This document shows, one piece after another, positions 43,157 through 54,134 of a stretch of DNA of 64,000 bases. Under the pieces are notes generated by a model. It searched no databases and was not told the origin of the DNA. It saw only the letters and a list, made by a program, of their open reading frames with translations. The stretch's first letter is position 1, and every line of letters starts with the position of its first letter. The DNA is taken from contig JAUPSS010000005.1 of assembly GCA_040285825.1 (NCBI GenBank), forward strand, positions 62,001 to 126,000, given 5' to 3'. This DNA is from Eukaryota sp. TZLM1-RC (Eukaryota; Protista; Metamonada: BaSk clade). The position numbers were made by a program, and so were the translations under genes.

Positions 43157-43410
43157 CATCTGAGTCATTCTCAACCATTTGAATTTCTTGTCTTGATTCA
43201 TCAACTCTTCTTTGCTTTCTCTTGGATCACACTATGAGAGAGTTGCATCTAGTGTTTTTGTTCTGGGAGAGATGGATTTTTTAGATGTTGATTTATAGGT
43301 TTTGAATAAAATTAAAATTTTGGTAAAAAAAGATTCATCAACCGAGTATTTCTTTTGCTGTTCAGTTTCATGTTCAGGATCCGGGCTAATTCTTGATCCG
43401 TTTTTTGATC
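43157..43410 (-). mobile_element. Fanzor family-1 internal fragment interrupted by a retro-insertion
   Basis: 43157-43203 and 43341-43408 match contiguous 10525-10642. Confidence 0.8.
43206..43331 (+). mobile_element. 126-bp 5'-truncated non-LTR insertion with an 11-bp target-site duplication
   Basis: GATTCATCAAC at 43195-43205 and 43332-43342. The insert encodes SSLLSLGSHYERV...DFLDVDL*, then AATAAA and an A-tail. Confidence 0.85.
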
Positions 43411-44074
43411 CGTATTCCTCTTTTCCCATTAGTCATTGTGCTAGACTGAGGCCTTCAATTGCAGAAACTACTTAAACAAATGCAAAAGTTAATATAGAAT
43501 TGAGGCATGCTCAATACCTTGAAAAATTTATTTATCTATATTTTGGGAAAATCGAAGAAGAAGTAATGGTACAAAAAGCAAAATCCTTTTTTCGTTGGAG
43601 ATTACGACAAGTCAAAAATCTAAACTATTAATTTTAAACAATACTCATTTCAAAATTTATAACTTATTACAAGATGAAAATGGAATTCAACCAATTTTTC
43701 CATAATCTGTTGTTGTTAAAAATTAAAAAGATTAGAAAGATGAGGAAAATGCTGTTGAAAATACGAATTTTGACGGAAAATGACATTATGACATTTTGTC
43801 AAAACCTTTTGCCCATTTATTTTCAGCAAAATTTTTCAGTCCAAAATCACCCCAGATTCCCTTAGTTGGGACATAATTTGCATTAAACACAAACAGGTTC
43901 CGTGTTTGGATCAGAAGGCACCTTGGCAATAAGTTTCTAAACGAAGTGATAAGACATGAGGCAGAATGAATGTTGATCAGTTACAGACGCGGTAAGGAAT
44001 ATTCTTGTACAGTAGACACTTAGTCTATTACATTCATTATCATAGATCACTAGTGATGGCCTTTATAAGGGCCA

Positions 44075-45860
44075 GTGAAACTCAATAAATTATCTATCTC
44101 AATACTGTCACTTTACATGTCTAACCTTACAGCATCATTAATTAATGGCTCAGTCGGCCAAAACATTAACAGCAATCCTCCTCACCAGGAGAGTCCTCCT
44201 ACAAAGAAGAGTTATCTTTCCGTCAGGAAGAGTAGTCCTCCCCCTGGGAAGAGAAGCACTTCACCCGCAAAGAACGCTCCTCCTGCGGAGAGTAACATAG
44301 GCAACCACACCTATGACCCACACAACATTCTCCCTAATGAGATGAAGTTACCTCTTGGTGCGGGAAACCACCAGCTGCCTTCTAAAGTGACGGAAAGAAA
44401 TGAAGAGGATACCTCTAACACGTTCACCGGCCTCTGCGTTCTTGAATAAATTATTCAAAGCCCAACAGAGAGTTCCAGATAATGATCCTCTGTTCGCTAA
44501 CTGCCTCATCGACGCTCAGTCTGGACTAAAACTTTCCAAATCCGGAAAGATACTGGTTCCCTCATCCATGCGCTCTGAGATCCTTCTGCTTGCCCATGGA
44601 TCTATTGAAGCTGGCCACCCTCAATTTGCCGAATGCTGGAAATCTCTTCAACAATCTGATTTTCAGCGGCCTGATATGCGAAATGATTTATTAACCCATG
44701 TTAACGCCTGTATACCCTGCAAAAAGACTGCCCCTGTCCCCAAGACCACTATCTCCTCTACTGGATCTCTACATTCTGTTTGTCGCCCTTTTGAGAGTTT
44801 ACATTGTGATTCTATCGGTTCGCTCTCAGCCGATATTTATGTCTATAAGTATATAGTGCACTTCGTCGATGCTTTTTCTAAATTTTGCATCCTTGTCCCC
44901 ACCAAGGACCTTAAGGCCACTACCATTGTTAATGCCTTGATTTCCTCAGTTTACTCTGTCTTCGGTGCTCCTCGTCGAATCCACTCTGATAACGGCCCTG
45001 AATTTGCCAACAAGATATTCAGTTTGCTATGCCAATTCTTGAACATAGCACATTCACAATCACTTCCTCACTACCATCACTCCAATGGCCTAATCAAGCG
45101 CCAACATCGTTGTTTCCTCCAAGTAATCCGCCGAATGTTACTCGATTTCTCTGACTACCATAACTGGTCAGACTATGTTCCCCTGTGTCAAATGGTTTTG
45201 AATTCGCAGGAAAGAAAGGCTTTGAACACATACCCTTATTGTCTCATTTTTGGATCCGACACCTCTCCCCGTTTATTGCCCAACCAGCTTTTGAATTCAT
45301 TGTCCACACACCCTCTGCCTCCAGACAAACCCGAGTTCATCGATCACCTTCTGACCATAACGAAGAAGCTTCTAGCCTCATGGGAAGCAGTAACTCTATC
45401 CCCTGTTCCACTCCCCTCTGACGTTCCTGTACCTGCATATTGCCCTTAGACCAATGATAGAGTTTTTGTTCTGCGTGAGAAGCCAGACAAACTCCACGGT
45501 CACTTTGTAGGCCCCTATGTCGTCCTCAAAGTTCTCTCCCCTAGCTCTCTCCTGGTTCAGAACCCTGTCTCGGGATCATCTCTCAAAACAGCCACCCACC
45601 TTGTAAAGCCCTGCCTGTCCTCGTTGCCTCCAGAGATACTCGACGCTTATGTAGCTGCCGATTCAGGTGAGCTGATTCTTGACGCTATTATCGATATCAC
45701 TGATGAGTCCGCCACCGTGCTCTGATCCGATGGAACCACTACTGTTCAACATGTTTCCTCTATTCGGAACACTGCCGCGTACTCTAGGTACATCAAGCTT
45801 TCCGCCGATCCTCCTAAATCCCGCCGAAAAAGAAAAAGGAGGCAGTGTTAGCTGTGGCTA
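44075..45860 (+). mobile_element. Ty3/gypsy-type LTR retrotransposon remnant (integrase, PPT, start of 3' LTR)
   Basis: HHCC zinc domain (AHG....GH...CIPC); HCDSIG and HSDNGPEF; NGLIKR (Glu to Lys); GPY motif after a stop; polypurine tract 45826-45845 followed by TGTTAG. Confidence 0.88.
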
Positions 45861-46859
45861 AACGTGACATTCCCCTTTAGGAAAGTGGATCACATTATCA
45901 TGAGTTTAAATTGTAGTTAATATTTATTTTTTTTATTTCTTATATTCTGTCCATAAACTTCTGTTTTTGTTTATGTTTAGTGCACGAAAAGCAACACGTC
46001 AACGGTAATATAGGAAGTTATATCAGGGAAATGAGGAAACAATAAAAATCAACCAATTTAAGCAAATTTGTGAGTACATTAATGCACAGAAATCTTTAGA
46101 ATGAAAACTTGGAATTTATTTAACCAAATACAATACGGAAAGCAAGATTTTTCCAACACAAGGGAAAACAAAAAGGTAACTTAGAGTCGAAGTTGATTCG
46201 TTAAATTAAACAAAAGTTTGGCAATCCCGCACACGTGTTCATGATTGCTTTCTAGTCATTGGTGATTGGAGTAAAAAATCTGGATTTAAAAGGAAAGGAA
46301 AGTAACCATCTAAAAGTACAAGTATAAAAAAAGTAATGAGACAAGCCAGTTACCTTGTTTACTTAGTCAGTGAGAAATTTACTTCAAAAAGATATCGTAA
46401 CTGTGCGGAAAAGGGTGAAATTGGAGAAAACGTAGAACTTTATTGAAATAAGATGATCCAATTCTTACAGAAAAATTGAACTCAATTAGACAGGCGATTC
46501 ATGTCAAAAAGAAGAATTGAAAGTTGAGAAACAATGTATAGTTTTGAAGTAACTTAAACTATCATCGTTTGTCTCGCGATTCAATGCCTTTGTGGACTCA
46601 TGAACAATCCACCATAGACATCCAAGAGTAACTTAAACTATCAATAACTTGCCAAAATTTGCTGTATCAAAATGTTAAAAGATTTGTTCTGATCTTGAGT
46701 GTGCATGTTCCAAAAATAAATCTTGAATGAATTAGATATTTACATGCAGCTATACGACTATTTAGTGTTCATTGTTATTCAAAAATTGAACACAATTTCT
46801 GTACAATTAATCCCAATAATGGTTACACATGATCATTGATCTATCTTCAATATTAGTCA

Positions 46860-47185
46860 AGTTTGCAATTATTTCTTCCGCAATTCCATTATCTTCGGCT
46901 GATTAAATTTGTCCAAAAATTCCCAATGGATCTAAACTATTGTCTCCAGTGTGCTCATTATGTCAATCTAGACCTGCTACGTTGAGTCACATTTTGTGCA
47001 TTTGTCTTAGTTATCAAATCCCCGAAATAGCCAATCAACCTAAATGCTTACATAAATCAATTTCAAATAATTTTGTAAAGCACTTTCTTCTTTTCCTAGA
47101 CCATTATCTGATAACGACTCTGAATTTCCCTCTTACAACAATCCATATTGAGATTTTCCTTTTGGTTGTGACTCAGTTGTGACCT
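46860..47185 (+). mobile_element. Degraded non-LTR retrotransposon zinc-knuckle fragment
   Basis: CSLCQSRPATLSHILCIC (C-X2-C-X8-H-X4-C-like). Confidence 0.45.
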
Positions 47186-47804
47186 AATTTTTTTCTTATA
47201 ACATAAGATACAAATGAAAAAGAGGGGGAAGGGGGAGGAGTGAAACATCCTTTATTAGTGTATCAACGATGAAGCAGTATTTAGACAGTGAAAGTATACC
47301 GAAAAGTACGAAAAATCAAAAAAACTGAACTGTTATTGTCTTTTTCCTGGTTGAATTATTTCATTAATATTTTGAGATTCATTTTCATTTATATTCATTA
47401 TTTCTTCAACCCCGATACAATTTTTTGTAGTAGTTACTGTGCTCAATCACTCATCTCATTTATTGTTGTTCCGTTGATACTGAGACTATGGTGTCAAAGT
47501 TTTATTCATATAGAGAATAATGCATATTGTGCATTGATGTCGTAGCTTGCCAGGGGAAAAAGCGACGAGTTGTTGTTAAGAGGTGATATACCATGATGGT
47601 GTCTTTTTCCAAATTGTGCACAAAGCAAGAGCAAATTTTGTAAGATAAAATCAGCAACAACAACAGAAAATATCAGTCCATCTTAAACGATGTGGCAGCT
47701 CAATAGTGTCTAGAGTTGTAATGAAGAATGGGTTTCCAATGTAGGTTTGGTAAACGTATTTGGATTTGCACTCACAAAGCAACAACAACATCTCTCTGAC
47801 CTCA

Positions 47805-50561
47805 ATGTTTAACAAGTTCCTTCTACTGGATTCAGAAACTTATCTGCAAGAATATCTTGTCCTCATCAATAATGAAAAGACTACTCTTCGTCTTTGTACG
47901 TCTTCTCTGTATTATGATACTGATGATGCAGTTGTACGTATCCCTTTGAAATCAATTTGTGATTTGAACTATTCATCTAATGAAATCTCTGTTACTTCAA
48001 CTGAACACACTGTCATTAAACAACGCTCTCCCTACGTCACCAAATCTGGCTCTACCACTTTCACCTTCTCATTGCTTCTCACTACTTCCAATTCTCTATC
48101 TCAATCCATTCACAAGCTTCTTTCTCTCCAGAATCTTACTTCACTTGAAAGACAAACCTCCATAAAAGGTATCGTCAAGGATTTGTTACTAAGCAAACCT
48201 TTTGACATGACCTTTCTTAGGTCTATCAGTGAGAACGTTCTCCTCCAGACAACAGCTAAGAGCCTTTCCTTGGTGGCCAGTAACCCTGGTCATTTAGTAC
48301 TAACCAATCAGTATGTCTATTTCAGTGAGGTTGTGGACGATTTCTCTGCATTTCCAGTCAGACATTTCCCTTATTCAATCATTAAATCAATCAGTTTCCG
48401 AACTTATTCTGTTGAATTTCCAGGGATTGAGCTCTTTTTTGACCATGATGATGTTGGTCAAATTTTTGGATTTGATGAATATTATAGACCAAAATTTGCA
48501 TTACCATCATTATATTTCGTTTTGGAAAGCAATCAAATAAGAAATCAAATATTGACACTGATTAGCCAGAATTTTAAAGAACACACAGGAAACAGCTTGA
48601 CCTTGAATGACCATTCAAGACTTTTGGACATCATGTCTTGCTGGCATTCCAAAAAACTATCCAATTTTGATTATCTCTTAGCCCTAAACGATGCTGCTGG
48701 TAGAAGTTTTCGAGACTTGACCCAATATCCAGTATTCCCTTGGATATTGAAAGATTACAAAGCAGAACAATTTGATTTGAATGATCCTTCCATTTATAGA
48801 GATTTGTCTAAGCCAATTGGAGCAATCAATCAAAAAAGATTGGAATCATTTCAATCAAGATATGCAGAAATGATGTCAATTTTCCATTCTAAATATGACT
48901 TTAAGCCACTTCCAGGGCAGTTATTACCAGAAAAAGTCCAAAATCAGTGCAATCTACTCGAAATTCCTTATATGTTTGGTTCTTTTTACAGTTGTCCCGG
49001 GTTTGTTTTGTATTATTTGGTAAGAGTTTGTCCTGAATTAGTTTTAAGGTTTCAATCAGGTAGTTTTGATAGTCCTGATCGATCATTTTTCTCAATCATC
49101 GAATCTTTTGATCACGTGTCTCAGTCAAAAACTGATTTAAAGGAAGCAATTCCTGAACTCTATGGGGATTCTTCGTTTTTAATCAATAATTATGATCTTG
49201 ATTTGGGAATAAGGTCAGATGGAAGACAGATCGGTGACGTTCACCTGCCTAATTGGGCAAGTGACTGTGATGACTTTGTTACTAAAAATAGAATGGCTTT
49301 GGAAAGTGATAACGTCAGCAATCAATTACAACATTGGATTGATCTCATATTTGGATTTAAGCAAAGAGGCATTGAAGCTCTGTCTAGCTCCAATGTCTAC
49401 TGCCACTCCACTTACCCAAATGCAATTGATTTATCAATATTATCTTTTAATGAACGCATTTCAGTCATTGACCAAATTAAAGAATTTGGGTCTTGTTGTC
49501 AACAATTATTTATTAAACCACACCCTAAAAAAGGTGATGTTTTTGATCTTGAAGTCTTTGAAAGTCTTGTTGATGAAGGTCAAAAAGAGGTTAATAAAGC
49601 TGCTGATTTTGATACTCCAATAATGGATGTTACTGAAGAAGTTGAATCTCTTTCAGTGTCTGAATGCAAGAAAATCCAATCATTTAAAACCCCAATCACG
49701 TTCGCCAGCTTAATCAATCATCAATCTGATTTGATAGTTGCCTTTTGTTGTAATGATGGCGTTTTACGATTGATGAATCTAACCTCGAGTCAAGTTGTTT
49801 CGGTTCCTCTTTCAAGACTTTCCTTGACTTCGATCAAACATCTGAAAACCAGTAATGACGTGTTACTTTTGATTGGTTGCCTGGATAACTCAGTTTACTT
49901 CTATTCAATCAATCAATCAAGAGTAATCAATGTGGTTAATAACCTTTCCGATGCAGTGTCGTGTCTTTCAATCATCAGGAGGGAAACTGATGATGTTATG
50001 ATTGCAATCGGCCTTTGGAGTTCTTGTGTGGAAACTTTTGTTTTGAGTGAAAATTTTGAACTTTTGAACGATCAAGTCTATTCTGATCATGATTCGGAGG
50101 TTTCCTGCATATTATTAGATTATATTGATAGTAAAGAAGTGCTTGTGTCAGGCTGTACAGATGGAGTAATTCATTTGTACCAAAATTTGGGGCAAAATTT
50201 TGATTTGATCTCTTCTTTCGATGGATTAGGGTCGATTAATGGAATTTTCTTGACCAATGACGATACAATATTAGTTTGTACAGAGGATTCTCTCCACGGT
50301 TTTCTATTTCAAGACGATGAATTAGAAACTAAATTTGAAATTAATTCTTCTTTGGGTTTTACAAGTTCCTGCTACCTCTGCTTTGGAGATTTAGTAGTAG
50401 TTGGTACTTCAGAATCTAGTTTATTATTTTTTGATTCAAATGGACAATCAATTTTGAGCCACACTTTTGAACTTTCCACTGTTAAAAGTGTTTGTTGTTT
50501 AGGCAATAAAGTTAGTTGTGGTTTCGAGGATGGTTCTATTTGTATAGTTGAATTGTGCTAA
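47805..50561 (+). CDS. BEACH-domain protein, FAN/NSMAF-like (PH/GRAM-BEACH-WD40)
   Basis: LSNFDYLLALN..AGRSFRDLTQYPVFPW; RDLSKPIGA; FDSPDR.F; IPELY; WIDLIFGFKQRG; C-terminal WD repeats. First ATG at 47805. Confidence 0.9.
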   Translation: MFNKFLLLDSETYLQEYLVLINNEKTTLRLCTSSLYYDTDDAVVRIPLKSICDLNYSSNEISVTSTEHTVIKQRSPYVTKSGSTTFTFSLLLTTSNSLSQSIHKLLSLQNLTSLERQTSIKGIVKDLLLSKPFDMTFLRSISENVLLQTTAKSLSLVASNPGHLVLTNQYVYFSEVVDDFSAFPVRHFPYSIIKSISFRTYSVEFPGIELFFDHDDVGQIFGFDEYYRPKFALPSLYFVLESNQIRNQILTLISQNFKEHTGNSLTLNDHSRLLDIMSCWHSKKLSNFDYLLALNDAAGRSFRDLTQYPVFPWILKDYKAEQFDLNDPSIYRDLSKPIGAINQKRLESFQSRYAEMMSIFHSKYDFKPLPGQLLPEKVQNQCNLLEIPYMFGSFYSCPGFVLYYLVRVCPELVLRFQSGSFDSPDRSFFSIIESFDHVSQSKTDLKEAIPELYGDSSFLINNYDLDLGIRSDGRQIGDVHLPNWASDCDDFVTKNRMALESDNVSNQLQHWIDLIFGFKQRGIEALSSSNVYCHSTYPNAIDLSILSFNERISVIDQIKEFGSCCQQLFIKPHPKKGDVFDLEVFESLVDEGQKEVNKAADFDTPIMDVTEEVESLSVSECKKIQSFKTPITFASLINHQSDLIVAFCCNDGVLRLMNLTSSQVVSVPLSRLSLTSIKHLKTSNDVLLLIGCLDNSVYFYSINQSRVINVVNNLSDAVSCLSIIRRETDDVMIAIGLWSSCVETFVLSENFELLNDQVYSDHDSEVSCILLDYIDSKEVLVSGCTDGVIHLYQNLGQNFDLISSFDGLGSINGIFLTNDDTILVCTEDSLHGFLFQDDELETKFEINSSLGFTSSCYLCFGDLVVVGTSESSLLFFDSNGQSILSHTFELSTVKSVCCLGNKVSCGFEDGSICIVELC

Positions 50562-50615
50562 AAATTTTAATTAAATTTAGTATCATCTTTTAAAAACTTT
50601 TTTAACCTTATTGTT

Positions 50616-51368
50616 TTATTTTAAATAAACTATACTTCTTTCAGCTTTTCTTCCTTCAATGTGCAGTAATACTTTGTTTGGAACTTCAAAAACCATAGAT
50701 TTACCAACTGAAATTGGTAAATTAAATAGAGAAACTAAATTCATTATATCAAAAGGGGCTCTCAGATCAAAAGGATCACGTGATCCGCTCGAAAAGAAGC
50801 AATTTTGACCCTTTGTGACTGAAAGTAATTGACTGACGTTGGAAATGAAATTCATTCTGGGTGTATTAAATGAATTATCTGGATCCATCAATAAATTGAA
50901 ATAAATTATTTCGAAATAAACTCCCCTTTTGAGAGCTTGCTTCAATTGTGTATGCTTGAGATGAAATGGTAGACGTTGAGACAGGTCAATTGAGATTACA
51001 TCCACTTCAAGCTCACCACAAGCTAACCTAAATGTATCTTCAGTGGTGGGTCTCACAGCCACCAGATCATACCCACGAAGATGACTGGAGTTTGTATTGA
51101 AAAAGTGGAGAAAGCTTCGTGATTCCAATACTATGGTGATTCTAGGGAGTAGTTGGACTGGGGGATTGAGAGAAGCTTGTATGTTGTGGAAAGAAGATAA
51201 AGGTGAGGACTCTATCACTGTATTTGGTGGAGGAACAGTGGCTTTGGGTGATGGCTGAAATATGGTTTCAATGGCTGCTATACCATATCCAAAGAGTCTA
51301 TGCTGGGCTATAATGCGAGACAACGTGCCTTTGGGACAGTTGCCACTCACACAAAGGTCTGCTATCAT
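50616..51368 (-). CDS. RPP30: RNase P/MRP subunit p30
   Basis: YDLVAVRP.....F..AC..LEVDVISID...RLPF.LK......A..RGVYFEI.Y; SSG......LRAPFDI. Confidence 0.9.
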   Translation of the reverse strand: MIADLCVSGNCPKGTLSRIIAQHRLFGYGIAAIETIFQPSPKATVPPPNTVIESSPLSSFHNIQASLNPPVQLLPRITIVLESRSFLHFFNTNSSHLRGYDLVAVRPTTEDTFRLACGELEVDVISIDLSQRLPFHLKHTQLKQALKRGVYFEIIYFNLLMDPDNSFNTPRMNFISNVSQLLSVTKGQNCFFSSGSRDPFDLRAPFDIMNLVSLFNLPISVGKSMVFEVPNKVLLHIEGRKAERSIVYLK

Positions 51369-51373
51369 TATTA

Positions 51374-51602
51374 CAGATGTTGTCTATAACAGTGGAATAA
51401 GTGTCCTATTTACTCTAACGTAGAGGGGATGAAAATCCTTTCAATAGACTAAATTCAAAAAGTTTGATCGCTATTTAGGAGCAATCAATATCTTGTGGAA
51501 TACTGCATTCACCAGACTAATCTTTAAATAATCTAATTGTTCTTTCAGTCATTTGATTAATTATACTGTTGTTTAAATCCATCCTATGCTGATGGTCTTC
51601 AG
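51374..51602 (-). repeat. Upstream cassette shared with 37296-37540, including conserved element copy D (51374-51429)
   Basis: Minus strand reads TCCCCTCTACGTTAGAGTAAATAGGACACTTATTCCACTGTTATAGACAACATCTG-TAATA-ATG. Confidence 0.75.
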
Positions 51603-51955
51603 AGTATTCTTTGTTGGATGGGTTACTTACCCTGGCAGTGTAGTTTGTTTTCAGTGTAAGCAATTGTTGTTTTAATAATACATTAATTCATTAATCATAT
51701 TCGATTTTTTCAAATGTCATTCTGTATCCTGCCTGTCATTTTTGGAATATCGTATTTTTATGATCAATAGAGTTTGTAACAATGCAGTTTGTAAAGCCTC
51801 CTTTGAATGTAATGAAATTGAATATTGCACGTCATGTTGAGATGTAACCACAAAAAGAATGCGACGAAATAACGTGAAGCCAGTCATGTTGTAATCAATG
51901 AATCTAAATGAACAAGGACTTTTGATTATTCTTTGCTTTTGGTTGTGTCACAGAG

Positions 51956-52011
51956 TGTCCCTCAACACTGAGTGTTAGGGACATCTTTATCTATTTTATA
52001 CACAACATCTG
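51956..52011 (+). promoter_or_regulatory. Conserved start-codon-proximal hairpin element, copy E
   Basis: TGTCCCT-CAACACTGAGTGTT-AGGGACA hairpin, then ...TTATACACAACATCTG 7 nt before ATG. Confidence 0.55.
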
Positions 52012-52018
52012 GACATCA

Positions 52019-52744
52019 ATGATCAAAGCAATACCTTCCAAATACAAGTTCTCTTGTCGACCTCATTGCAATGTTTTGAAGCCCACACAATTTGCTGGTC
52101 TTCCCAAAGACCCAGTTGATGCTCAAGAAACTTTCAGGCCACTATATTCAAGCAAATATCACAACTCTGATCACAAGGTGCAGATACTTGATGTAGGATG
52201 TGGATATGGGGCTCTCCTGCCCAAACTTTCCGTCTCCTTTCCTGAACAACTTATCATGGGCATTGAGATTCGTCTTCCTGTTTCTCTCTATGTTGATGAG
52301 TTGATCAATCAAATGCGTGAGCAAGAGGATATTTGCCATAACGTAGCGGTTTACAGAGCAAACTTTATGAAACATGCCAGTAGGCTGTTTTTTAAGAATC
52401 AGCTATCCAAGATATTTATTCTTTACCCAGACCCAAATGTTAAAAAAGGTGCTTTTAGAAGAAGAATTTTAAATTCTTTTTTGTTAACTGAATATGCATT
52501 TGTTTTAAAACCAGGGGGTTTCTTGTACTTGGCCTGTGATTTGGAGGACACATTTCGGTATGGTATGCAGCAAATGGAAACCCACACACTGTTTGAACGT
52601 GTACCAGAAGCAGATCTCGTCAATGATCCTGTGTATTGGTCACTTAATGAAGTTACAGCTGATGCAAAGAGGGCCGTTAGGAAAGGAAGTGGTGCATTTA
52701 AAGTTGTCTTTAAAAGAGTTGAAAAATTACAACCAACGTTTTAA
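52019..52744 (+). CDS. TRM8: tRNA (guanine-N7)-methyltransferase Trm8/METTL1
   Basis: RPHCN; LDVGCGYG.LL..LS..FP...IMGIEIR; QLSKIFILYPDP. Confidence 0.9.
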   Translation: MIKAIPSKYKFSCRPHCNVLKPTQFAGLPKDPVDAQETFRPLYSSKYHNSDHKVQILDVGCGYGALLPKLSVSFPEQLIMGIEIRLPVSLYVDELINQMREQEDICHNVAVYRANFMKHASRLFFKNQLSKIFILYPDPNVKKGAFRRRILNSFLLTEYAFVLKPGGFLYLACDLEDTFRYGMQQMETHTLFERVPEADLVNDPVYWSLNEVTADAKRAVRKGSGAFKVVFKRVEKLQPTF

Positions 52745-53879
52745 ACCCTGGAACAAAAAAAACGATCGGGCATGACAAAGCCATACCCACTGAAACGAGA
52801 TAAAATCTATACAATTAGGTACAAATTACCATTCAAGTGCTGGGAGTTGTCCAAAAATTCGTTTTAAAATAGTTATTAAATTAATAAAACTGTTTAATTT
52901 TTATCAAGTTGAACCACTTCTTCCTGGCATGTTTCCTACATGATGCTCGCTTTTAGCTCTTGGTTTTGGCACAGATTGACGCTCATGCTTTCTTTGCTTC
53001 AACTCTGCACTGCCGCCTTTGGATTTGGCCTTCTGTCGCTCCGCTTGAGGTGGAGTCGGATGTTTGTGTTCCCTTCCAGGAAAAGGCTGTTGATGCTTCA
53101 AAGGTGACATTAATAATAACAGTGGTGTATTTGGGAATTTTTTTGTAACAAAGTTGGTAGGTTTCAAATTTATCTTGATTTTGTGCTAGATCCATAGTCT
53201 TTGAAGTAGTAAGTGATCTCACGTCACCAATAGTGTTCGGTGACGTGACTTTTTCCATAATGGTTTTCTATTCCATTTGTTTACTCGCGAACCCCGCACA
53301 TTTTTGATATTATTGATCGCCTTAACAAAACAATGATATTCACCTTAACAAGTTTTTAAAATTGTGAGACAAGTAGTTAATAGAACTGAGGAATCTTTGT
53401 TTATGAATTAAATACCAATTTATTTCTACCTTTGCACAGAGTATTTGTTCCAAAACAAGGTTGGATTGGGTCTATATTCCAGGGGACTAATTATTATCAA
53501 CAAAAAATCTTTGTTTGGGAATGTTCAGTAACTCACTTTCCAGTAATGTATGAGTCATACTCTGACTTGTTCTGAAACGTTGACTTTTCGTTCTTTTTTA
53601 AATGATACTGTTAAAGATACTGATTTCAATATGGCAAGAAGTGTAACATTCTGGTTTGTTAAAGACACGCAGCCATAATATTTCACACTAAAGAAAGAGG
53701 AAATTTAGTCCTGTAGAAACACTTAATTCGATGCAAGAGAAAACATTGAAATTGTGATAGTGTTATGGAAAAAGCAAAAGTGCTGATCATTTATTAGAAA
53801 TCATTTTGCATACTGTGAATTAACTATTTATCATGCATTCCCCTGTGAAATTCACTCCTGTTTTCAACTTCTCATTGAC

Positions 53880-54060
53880 TACTCACAGGCTGTAAGAGAC
53901 ATGAGCATCATTTGACAAAGACAATTATGATCTTCATCAATGGGCTACCTCACTTGAATACACCTACTGCTTTCACAGAACAAAGCCTCGCGACTTGAGG
54001 TATCTAAGTGGATCTACCAAATGCTACTAAGGCATTTATAGATCTGTCTCAAAAGTTTTG
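53880..54060 (-). ncRNA. Putative omegaRNA-like structured region 3' of the Fanzor
   Basis: GATCTA-TAAATGC/GCATTTG-GTAGATC hairpin (54011-54044); CACTT..ACCT/AGGT..AAGTG stem; GAGACA/TGTCTC long-range pair. Confidence 0.4.
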
Positions 54061-54134
54061 AAAAAAATTAAAAAAACTCAAAATACAATATAAGATTTTC
54101 AAAAGTTTAGTTTCTATATGCTCAGGTTTCCCAT

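Noticed and set aside
47215-47330. Polypurine tract followed by TG, like a PPT-LTR junction
   Set aside because: No matching LTR or pol sequence adjacent, and no similarity to the sequence after 45846.
47785-47805. ACAACATCT before the BEACH gene ATG, and similar short matches near 2690-2715 and 57466-57500
   Set aside because: Only 7-10 nt of the conserved element; could be chance in AT-rich DNA, so not counted as copies.
52904-53258. Two overlapping short minus-strand ORFs downstream of the 54-kb Fanzor
   Set aside because: No motif identified; cannot tell a frameshifted gene from noise.
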